Shown: positions 57,001 to 64,000 of the stretch, piece by piece
How the letters are laid out: each line of letters begins with the position of its first letter
Position numbering within the stretch: the stretch's first letter is position 1
Source: Macrostomum lignano
Taxonomy: Eukaryota
Reading direction: 5' to 3'
Length of the DNA: 64,000 nucleotides
Assembly (NCBI GenBank): GCA_002269645.1
Contig: NIVC01002700.1
Location: forward strand, 1 to 64,000
Position numbers and translations under genes: made by a program
Notes under the pieces: generated by a model
Told to the model about the DNA's origin: nothing
What the model saw: the letters and a program-made list of their open reading frames with translations, nothing else
Database searches by the model: none

Positions 57001-58161
57001 TGTAAGATTGGTGAACTGGCGAATCTGTAAGATTGGTGAACTGGTGAATCTGTGAGATTGGTGAACTGGTGAATCTGTAAGATTGGTGAACTGGCGAATC
57101 TTTAAGATTGGTGAACTGGTGAATCTGTAAGATTAGTGAACTGGCGAATCTGTAAGATTAGTGAACTGGCGAATCTGTAAGATTGGTGAACTGGCGAATC
57201 TGTAAGATTGGTGAACTGGTGAATCTGTAAGATTGGTGAACTGGCGAATCTGTAAGATTGGTGAACTGGTGAATCTGTAAGATTGGTGAACTGGTGAATC
57301 TGTAAGATTGGTGAACTGGCGAATCTGTAAGATTGGTGAACTGGTGAATCTGTAAGATTGGTGAACTGGTGAATATGTAAGATTGGTGAACTGGTGAATC
57401 TGTAAGATTAGTGAACTGGCGAATCTGTAAGATTGGTGAACTGGTGAATCTGTAAGATTGGTGAACTGGCGAATCTGTAAGATTGGTGAACTGGCGAATC
57501 TGTAAGATTGGTGAACTGGTGAATCTGTAAGATTGGTGAACTGGTGAATCTGTAAGATTGGTGAACTGGCGAATCTGTAAGATTGGTGAACTGGCGAATC
57601 TGTAAGATTGGTGAACTGGTGAATCTGTAAGATTGGTGAACTGGTGAATCTGTAAGATTGGTGAACTGGCGAATCTGTAAGATTGGTGAACTGGCGAATC
57701 TGTAAGATTGGTGAACTGGCGAATCTGTAAGATTGGTGAACTGGCGAATCTGTAAGATTGGTGAACTGGCGAATCTGTAAGATTGGTGAACTGGCGAATC
57801 TGTAAGATTGGTGAACTGGTGAATCTGTAAGATTGGTGAACTGGTGAATCTGTAAGATTGGTGAACTGGCGAATCTGTAAGATTTTATTAAATTATTGAA
57901 GATCGGAAATCTATTTGTGAATTAAAATGATTAGTGAAGCCGCAAAAAAGTTGGTGAACCGATGTTTAATAGCGGCAAAAGCAACGTCCTTAGCAACTCA
58001 CCAGACTGTGCAGAGGTCTTGAGACGCACGCAAAGTCCCTCAGCGTTGGTATAGTTAGCAGCGATTTTGGCAACTCCCTCGGCTCCGCGAACCTCCATGA
58101 GCTCTTTCAGCTCGGTCATGGAGCAGCCGTACTCGTTGCTAACTGAGGCTTCGTTGGCCAT
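23684..58161 (-). CDS. ATP2B: Plasma membrane Ca2+-transporting ATPase (P2B-type, PMCA), ~1168 aa core isoform
   Basis: Exons 58161-58002, 52983-52810, 50333-49947, 45230-45066, 40021-39500, 38458-38349, 36878-36576, 35274-34855, 33878-33516, 32897-32684, 32547-32345, 31990-31883, 31423-31232, 23869-23684 (3507 nt, phases match). Motifs: [29 protein letters not shown] (phospho-Asp), [34 protein letters not shown], and the calmodulin-binding [15 protein letters not shown]|IRVVNAFR. Confidence 0.97.
25299..25658 (-). CDS. ATP2B: PMCA alternative terminal exon 2 ([16 protein letters not shown]...ALNDK*)
   Basis: atccatccag|CTGCGCGTAGTCCGCGCCTTCAAG; phase 0; 120 codons to TAA; a paralog of the IRVVNAFR half of the CaM-binding domain. 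Not in the ORF track. Confidence 0.85.
   Translation of the reverse strand: MRVVRAFKSTVDGLDDQQQELIIELRRRRLTNPSQRSNTHPKAFYGPASSCIPAVENADSPNNKLIEGISSSSQQSSLRPIENMPLVACRAMNSPVGPATMTTTASSSPSASTQALNDK
25730..26590 (+). repeat. 39-bp minisatellite (TGATCCATGAGATTTCATGTACTCATAAATCTGAGTATG), ~22 copies
   Basis: 13-aa periodicity in the spurious ORFs; internal palindromes. Confidence 0.97.
27252..27260 (-). CDS. ATP2B: PMCA site-C 9-nt microexon (MQT)
   Basis: gctaactttcttcactgcag|ATGCAAACA|gtaagt: branchpoint-like CTAAC, pyrimidine tract and consensus donor. Confidence 0.6.
28225..28490 (+). repeat. (CAGA)n microsatellite
   Basis: Direct reading. Confidence 0.97.
28619..28870 (-). CDS. ATP2B: PMCA alternative terminal exon 1 ([17 protein letters not shown]...SAERV*)
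   Basis: Acceptor catttcttccgccaatcccag at 28871 (second in-frame acceptor at 28838), phase 0, open to TAG at 28619-28621; a GC-rich, coding-like island between repeats. Confidence 0.7.
   Translation of the reverse strand, partial: SLSFSAFHKFQRRMVDDMRSIEPWMASTLRQIEERRMTISSIGSGSAGAANHGAATAAAGSVGIDKDGSSADGTSRRNSAERV
28985..30075 (+). repeat. 21-bp minisatellite (TGTACACCCTCTTCTCTAGTC), ~50 copies
   Basis: Direct reading. Confidence 0.97.
30625..30661 (-). CDS. ATP2B: Possible PMCA site-C frameshifting cassette exon, 37 nt ([12 protein letters not shown])
   Basis: cacgcaacag|TCGCGCGAATACTTTATTAATCCGAAGAATTGTCCAT|gtaagt; length = 1 mod 3. Confidence 0.45.
31480..31770 (+). repeat. 16-bp minisatellite (CTCAAGCTCGAGTCTT), ~18 copies
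   Basis: Direct reading; a relative lies at 45280-45465. Confidence 0.95.
32010..32320 (+). repeat. (TG)n/(TGTC)n compound microsatellite
   Basis: Direct reading. Confidence 0.97.
33010..33450 (+). repeat. 23-bp minisatellite (AGGTGCACATCAATGATCTTAGA), ~19 copies
   Basis: Direct reading. Confidence 0.95.
34000..34760 (+). repeat. ~20-bp minisatellite with a 39-bp higher-order unit (CCAGACCGATTTGAGCCTTACAGAACGATGTGACCTCCT)
   Basis: Direct reading. Confidence 0.92.
35340..36480 (+). repeat. 21-bp minisatellite (TATCGATAATCCCGATTCTCA and TATTAATAATTTCGATTCTCA variants)
   Basis: Direct reading; two interleaved variants. Confidence 0.96.
36905..38200. repeat. (ATCA/GTCA)n microsatellite with an internal inverted (TGAT/TGAC)n block at ~37896-38085
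   Basis: Direct reading; strand switch visible at ...caatcaatcagttaattgattaattg... Confidence 0.95.
38645..39450 (+). repeat. ~33-40-bp minisatellite (CACCTGAAGCATCAGTCAGTTGAAATCC(CA)n)
   Basis: Direct reading; variable internal (CA)n. Confidence 0.95.
40130..41520 (+). repeat. 21/23-bp minisatellite (GATTGATTAGCTATA(TA)CTCCCA), ~60 copies
   Basis: Direct reading. Confidence 0.97.
41558..41593 (-). CDS. ATP2B: Possible PMCA site-A microexon, 36 nt ([12 protein letters not shown])
   Basis: tgtcatacag|CAAGTCTGACTGACTATCCTATGCTGTCCGAGCCTG|gtttaa; phase 1-1, weak donor, TGCATG ~25 nt downstream. Confidence 0.4.
41762..42210 (+). repeat. (GTCA)n microsatellite
   Basis: Direct reading. Confidence 0.98.
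42291..42320 (-). CDS. ATP2B: PMCA site-A microexon, 30 nt ([10 protein letters not shown])
   Basis: aatatttcag|CTAGCAACTTCAGACAGTATCTCACGAATG|gtcagt; phase 1-1, in frame. Confidence 0.6.
42972..42998 (-). CDS. ATP2B: PMCA site-A microexon, 27 nt (LNPDAKRP)
   Basis: ttttttctctcaaaatcatatgcag|TTCTGAATCCGGATGCCAAGAGACCTG|gtaggt; phase 1-1, in frame. Confidence 0.7.
43725..43890 (+). repeat. Two-copy ~82-bp direct duplication
   Basis: agacggacgaaac.cagcctagggggg..caggcccaatctggct.agccaatgagagagcagtaagga.agaggtc occurs twice. Confidence 0.9.
44250..44267 (-). CDS. ATP2B: PMCA site-A microexon, 18 nt (G-EQKTP)
   Basis: catttcctttccacccatctgcag|GTGAACAGAAGACGCCGC|gtgagt; phase 1-1, in frame. Confidence 0.75.
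44440..44900 (+). repeat. Degenerate ~20-bp minisatellite (CTCCCCAGACACATCTCTCA)
   Basis: Direct reading. Confidence 0.88.
45280..45465 (+). repeat. Degenerate copy of the 16-bp CTCAAGCTCGA family
   Basis: Shares units and the terminal caagctc(g/a)aagttt.ac.ttg with 31480-31770. Confidence 0.85.
45700..46300 (+). repeat. 23-bp minisatellite (ATTAGAATCCGCCCCTATCCTAC)
   Basis: Direct reading; inverted partner at 50530-51800. Confidence 0.93.
47020..48830 (+). repeat. 35-bp purine-rich minisatellite (GATAGAGAGAGTAGAAAAGAGAGTAGACACTGATG), ~50 copies
   Basis: Direct reading. Confidence 0.98.
49430..49910 (+). repeat. (TGAT/TGAC)n microsatellite
   Basis: Direct reading. Confidence 0.95.
50530..51800 (-). 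repeat. 23-bp minisatellite (GTAGGGGCGGATTCTAATGAAGA on +), inverted relative of 45700-46300
   Basis: Reverse complement TCTTCATTAGAATCCGCCCCTAC matches the 45.7 kb unit. Confidence 0.93.
52200..52790 (+). repeat. ~31-bp minisatellite (TCATCATCCAGCTTCATCTGTGAATGGAATT)
   Basis: Direct reading. Confidence 0.9.
53050..53740 (+). repeat. ~33-bp minisatellite (TCTCACTGTCTAGCTACCTCTCTCAACCCTGAA)
   Basis: Direct reading. Confidence 0.9.
54220..55040 (+). repeat. 20-bp minisatellite (GGGATTTAGTTTCCTGAATA), ~38 copies
   Basis: Direct reading. Confidence 0.96.
55825..57890 (+). repeat. 25-bp minisatellite (GAATCTGTAAGATTGGTGAACTGGC/T), ~82 copies
   Basis: Direct reading. Confidence 0.98.
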
Positions 58162-58676
58162 GTTGGATTTTCTCCAGAGATTTTAGTCTTTATTTAGAAT
58201 TCAATCAATTTGTCAACTATTGCGCTGCTACGATGACCCTGAAAATTTAATTAAAATTGACATTATATTAGTATATACTAATAAAGGTACACACGAACAA
58301 TATAAATAGTCTATAATAACCCTGAATGGCTATGCTTTTCAACAAAACTAAAATTAGAAATCATATTCATTTAATTAAGCCAGTACAGGTTGCAATATTT
58401 AGCTTCACCAAAGTTTCTGTCGTCAATGAAATCTATTTTTAGTCCGAATATATAAACGATATATATTATCTAGATTTAGATAAGCAAGGCAAACTCGAAC
58501 ACAAGGCTGAAACGGAAGCCTTGTGCGCACAATTCAACTCTGACTTATTCATTTTGGTATTCATATTTCAATGCTTAAGTTTTAATTACGGTTAAATATA
58601 GTATAAAGTGTAAAACCCACTGCTAATATTTAGGAGCTAAATATGGCTTTGATACTAGAATAGAAACTCTAAAATA

Positions 58677-59115
58677 TTGAAACAAATGGCACATTACATT
58701 CACGACTCTGAAACTACCCTTATTGAAACAAATGGCACATTACATACACGACTCTGAAACTACCCTTATTGAAACAAATGGCACATTACATACACGACTC
58801 TGAAACTACCCTTATTGAAACAAATGGCACATTACATACACGACTCTAAAGCTACCCTTGTTGAAACAAATGGCACATTACATACACGACTCTGAAACTA
58901 CCTTTGTTGAAACAAATGGCACATTACATACACGACTCTGAAACTACCCTTTTTGAAACAAATGGCACATTACATTCACGACTCTGAAGCTACCCTTATT
59001 GAAACAAATGGCACATTACATTCACGACTCTAAAGCTACCCTTGTTGAAACAAATGGCACATTACATTCACGACTCTAAAGCTACCCTTGTTGAAACAAA
59101 TGGCACATTACATAC
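58677..59115 (+). repeat. 46-bp minisatellite (TTGAAACAAATGGCACATTACATACACGACTCTGAAACTACCCTTA), ~10 copies
   Basis: Direct reading. Confidence 0.96.
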
Positions 59116-60439
59116 ACTAGATGAAGTATTAGATGCAGGATTCTAATTTTACCCTTCAGGTAATTGCTACAGCAGCGGTGATATCAATTACAAAGCAGCA
59201 GATTTTACAGATAGAGGGGACAAAAATTAATAACCCACAGAAAAAGAGCTTGTACCGCCTTTGCCAACTACGAACAGGGAAAATGGGATTCACTTAATAA
59301 ATGCCCCTATTGCAAAACTCTGCAAAACTAATAACAGGGCAAGTGAAAGACAAGCTAGAAGAGAAGGGTCTGCATACGATCACTAAAAGCTAACTAGCAA
59401 ACCAGGCAACATCTGTTGCCGCAGTTGCTATTACATATTTGACTAAAAAACACTGCTACCTAAGCAGAAGAAAATGCAATAAAGACTTTACAAGAGAAAA
59501 AAACACACTCTCTCCCCTACACATGCATTTTCACTACCGTACCGAACTGCGCGCAAATTTATCAAAGCTAAATAAAACATTAAGTATAGGGTCCGAAGCT
59601 TACCAGCGAGAGAAATATTTTGAACAATTATTTATTGTGCGTTACTCCAACCCCTCTCTGTTAAGTTTTTGCTGCTTACGAAGGAGTGGAATCACGAAGG
59701 TTGGGTAAATGCATGAGAGCAACCGCACTAAATAGAGATTACTTAAAGACTGGCGTTAGTAGCCTGATCCAGCTAGAAGATTTTGGAGCAATCCTGTTCA
59801 ATCTAGTCACAAAGACGGAGGTCATTGGAGACGGTAGGGAAGGGCAAGAGAGTGGTTTAAAACTGGGGAAAGATAGAAACAGGAGGGGTGGGTACAGCGG
59901 CACAATGTACTTCATGCCCGACGGCAAAGCTATATAAGGGAACAAAAGTGGGATGTCAACTACAAGTAGAGAAGAGAGTTAGATGGACGGGCTGATCGGT
60001 TAACAGGAGGGATAGAGATGGCGAGGGGATTTATATTTTCCCAAAGTACGGCCAGAACAGGGGGGAGGCAAGAATGGTCAAGAGAAAGTCGATCCATGCG
60101 CGTGGATTGAAAGACGGAAATTGGAACGGGGCTGAGAGGGGGGGCGCGGAGGCTGGGATGGAACTGGCAAGCAGGATGAACGATCTTATGCAGACAATCA
60201 CCCAATCCCTAGCGATAGAACTGGATTTAACCAGCCACCATTGGTAAAGCTTCTAACAATCAAACCAGCCTAGGAAACAGACTCAAAAAGGTCAATTTGT
60301 CCGTTGAAGTGCCTTCCCAAAATCTTTTAACATAGGCCCCATAATCCACCAATCAGCTATGGAATTGAATCGAGTCTGATGAACGGCCTCGCGTGGCAAC
60401 AAGCGGTAGCGATAGCAAACAGGACTGGGCTAACTTCAT

Positions 60440-60900
60440 CTGCTAGGCCTCTCTCTCTCTTAAACCTCTCTTTTATCTCCCCTCTCTCCTCACTCATCTC
60501 CCCTCTCTCATCTCTTATCTCCCCTCTCTTCTCTCTTATCTCCCCTCTCTCCTCACTCATCTCCCCTCTCTTATCTCTTATCTCCCCTCTCTTCTCTCTT
60601 ATCTCCCCTCTCTCCTCACTCATCTCCCCTCTCTCCTCTCTTATCTCCCCTCTCTTCTCACTCATCTCCCCTCTCTCATCTCTTATCTCCCCTCTCTCCT
60701 CTCTTATCTCCCCTCTCTTCTCACTCATCTCCCCTCTCTCCTCACTTATCTCCCCGCTCTCCTCTCTTATCTCCTCTCCCTCCTCACTCATCTCCCCGCT
60801 CTCTCTCTTATCCCCTCTCTCTCCTCACTCATCTCCCCTCTCCTCTCCCCTCTTCTCTTTCCTTTCTTATCCTCCTTCCCCTCCTCTCTCTGTCTCGCAG
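60440..60900 (+). repeat. 21-bp polypyrimidine minisatellite (ATCTCCCCTCTCTCCTCACTC)
   Basis: Direct reading. Confidence 0.93.
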
Positions 60901-62094
60901 TTATGCGCTAGATTCTATGTCAGGCCCTTAAGTTAAAAAGTTTCCCGATCCCTACTCTAAACAGACAACTTATATTAATTGTTCTTCGCTGTCTGTATAA
61001 GATAGGGAGGTTAATATAAATCGAAATTTGAGACATAAACAGCGGAAGAAACATTACAAAGAGATTACTAACAAAGCATACACAAAGCAGACTATAAAGA
61101 GATAGATTTATGATGACAGTCAAGGCAAAGGAAGCAAGGAAAGCCTTAAGGCTAATCTTTATAATAAGCATACTCATTGCTGCTGCTGCTGACGTATACA
61201 TCTAAAGAGAGTTTCGCTGCGTCCATCATTCCGTTGTCAGGCTAGATTAGATAGTATTGACAGTACTACTAAGAAAGCTGGATATCTGTCGACAGACCAA
61301 TCACTCTTTAGCTGGCTAAGAGATCAGCAATATTTTACATTTACGAGTAATATAAATACATCCGCGAGTATAAAGAGAATCCCTTAGTCCCAAATTCTTC
61401 AGATTAAACGTCAAACATACATGGTATTAGATAAAGCTATGAGATATGGGGAGAACAAAATATGCAAGCCTTATGCTAATTTAGAACTCATTCTAGCAAC
61501 TCACCCCCAACCTCAATCTGCACAACTGCAGCCGCTGTCTCGTCATTCAATCTTTCCAACCAGCCAACTAACTAAACAGGCTGACTATAGTATAAAGTTT
61601 CGGCTAAACACTTATAATACCCGTAACGTTAATTTAACTGGGCGGGGGCTAGGGGCTAGAGGTAAGGTCTAGCTAAGCTCAGGGCGTTTTTCTCGGCTTG
61701 GCTTTTAGTCAACAACAATTAGGACTGCGGGCTTAACAATGAAGACAGAGGGGGGAGGGTAGCCTAGATGCGTGCACAAAATTTTTCGCGAGAGGCAGGT
61801 GCGGAGCGGGCAGGCAAATTACGAACATGCGTTTTCAGCATGTTATACATGAGTTATACATGCGTATAAAAAAGGGCAACAAGCCCAATTTCCTCTCTGA
61901 AACTCCCGGCTTTAAAATGCAAAGCTGCTGACTGGCGTTGGGAGCTATTTTTAGGCGCAGATTGTATTGTACTTTTCAAATAATAAAATAATAATAAAAA
62001 ATGGTTACAAGGAACAGCGGAAATCTTGATGCGCGCATTTGCACTGATTCACGGTAACATTAACTAACGGTAGGTATTGCTAAAATAACAACGT

Positions 62095-62480
62095 AGTAAA
62101 CTGAGGATCTGGGAGGCAGGCCCAGCAACTGAGGATCTGGGAGGCTGGCCCAGCAACTGAGGATCTGGGAGGCTGGTGGCCAAGTAAATGAGGATGTGAG
62201 AGGCTGGCCCAGCAACTAAGGACTTGGAAGATGGCCCAGCAACTGAGGATCTGGGAGGCTGGCCCAGCAACTGGCACTCTGAGAGGCTGGCCCAGCAACT
62301 GAGGATCTGGGAGGCTGGCCCAGCAACTGAGGATCTGGGAGGCTGGCCCAGCAACTGAGGATCTGGGAGGCTGGCCCAGCAACTGAGGATCTGGGAGGCT
62401 GGCCCACCAACTGAGGATCTGAGAGGCTGGCCCAGCAACTGAGGATCTGGGAGGCTGGCCCAGCAACAGAGGATCTGGAA
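62095..62480 (+). repeat. 28-bp minisatellite (GAGGATCTGGGAGGCTGGCCCAGCAACT)
   Basis: Same family as 20490-21180. Confidence 0.94.
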
Positions 62481-63414
62481 AGAATATGGTAGACTGCGGC
62501 TAAACTGTGGCGGATTCTTTCATGGAAAGAGGCGGCAATAAGTTAGGAAGCAGATTAGAAGCAGTATGCAAAAATGTTGAAATAAGCTGTCAGTATTTTT
62601 AGCAATTTTATAAAGACGAGTGTTTTTATTATCTAAACCAATCTTTCTAAAAATAATTTTGAATTACGCCCAGCCCGCTTGTTACAGTACTCGTAGTTGA
62701 CTTGCGTCAAATGAAAAAGCATTCCAAATACTGCAACTAAGCGCTATTAAAGACTTCTTTAGCATTTTTGCGCCAAAAAATTCTAAGTGAAACGAGATTA
62801 GAAAGAAAACCAGGCACAGAAGAAGCCGGTTAGAAGACCGGATTAGGGAGAGAAAAAGAGAAAAAATACCCCACGAGAATTTCTTTATCGCTACTAAAAC
62901 AGATTTCATTCAAGCAGAAAATGAAGTGAAAACAGAGATTTCGCGATCCTAGCCGAGTATGTAAACTCTGCTGCGACCCCAAGCAGTGAATGAGACTCCA
63001 CTCCACCCATTTGGAAAAAAAGATAAGAGCTACTTTGACCTTTAGCCGATAGATAACGCACAAGTCGACTCAATTAAAAGACTGAGAAGTTTCTGTAAAA
63101 TTATGTCTAGTCAAATATTATGTATAGATTTCCCAAAGTCAATCTGAATTGTATTACAAACTACGGGCAGCCTTCGTGTTTTAAACCCGACTTCTTGTTT
63201 CCTTATAAGGTGATTGAATACTGAAAAAAATCATCAAAGGAGCTTTTCAAATGCGCATTTTTTCCGCTACATTTTTGTTATTTCTTTCAAAAGATTCCCA
63301 TTGAATTTTAGAAGACAAATTTCAACCTTTATAAGCAACACTGTATGCATTTAACTGAAAACATGCCCTTCTTTTACGTAATTTTATCTCCAGATCAATA
63401 GCTCAGCAACACGA

Positions 63415-64000
63415 TACTAAGATTTGTGGCTTGAGAATCTTACCCTAAGATTAGTGGCTTGAGAATCTCACCATTAGATTAGTATATCTTGAGAATCTCA
63501 CCATTAGATTAATATCTTGAGAATCTCACCATTAGATTAGTATATCTTGAGAATCTCACCATTAGATTAGTATCTTGAGAATCTCACCATTAGATTGGTG
63601 GCTTGAGAATCTTACCCTAAGAATAGTGGCTTGAGAATCTCACCATTAGATTAGTATATCTTGAGAATCTCACCATTAGATTAGTATCTTGAGAATCTCA
63701 CCATTAGATTGGTGGCTTGAGAATCTCACCATTAGATTAGTATCTTGAGAATCTCACCATTAGATTAGTGACTTGAGAATCTCACCATTAGATTAGTATC
63801 TTGAGAATCTCACCATTAGATTAGTATCTTGAGAATCTCACCATTAGATTAGTATATCTTGAGAATCTCACCATTAGATTAGTATCTTGAGAATCTCACC
63901 ATTAGATTGGTGGCTTGAGAATCTCACCATTAGATTAGTATCTTGAGAATCTCACCATTAGATTAGTGACTTGAGAATCTCACCATTAGATTAGTATCTT
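63415..64000 (+). repeat. 28-30-bp minisatellite (TTGAGAATCTCACCATTAGATTAGTATC), truncated by the window end
   Basis: Direct reading. Confidence 0.96.

Noticed and set aside
61174-61201. 28-nt candidate PMCA 5' UTR exon carrying an upstream ATG
   Set aside because: Splice signals are plausible (ctctttag / gtatgc), but non-coding exons cannot be validated by frame; needs 5' RACE.

Overview
Eukaryotic (metazoan) intron-rich genomic DNA. About 30 kb, roughly half the window, is tandem repeat, and most introns carry their own mini- or microsatellite. This architecture resembles a free-living flatworm such as Macrostomum, which is an inference only. By reading GT-AG junctions and checking phase I reconstructed three spliced genes. 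(1) A minus-strand gene, ATG 9705, with 11 exons down to 910 and probably running off the left edge. It encodes a signal peptide, beta-sandwich segments, a mucin-like linker and a furin-like site, and shows local resemblance to the EVC2/limbin ectodomain. (2) A plus-strand 12-exon gene, 10986-21340, ~951 aa, with an N-terminal membrane anchor and long coiled coil, resembling EVC. It lies head-to-head with gene 1 across a 1.28 kb repeat-free spacer containing RFX X-box-like motifs. (3) A complete plasma-membrane Ca2+-ATPase (PMCA/ATP2B), minus strand 58161-23684, ~1168 aa core. It has up to four in-frame microexons at splice site A. At site C it has three alternative terminal exons, a 9-nt microexon and two frameshifting cassettes. 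Most long ORFs in the track are artefacts of tandem repeats. I saw no rRNA, tRNA, CRISPR array or transposase/RT ORF. All homology calls are from recalled sequence features, not database searches.
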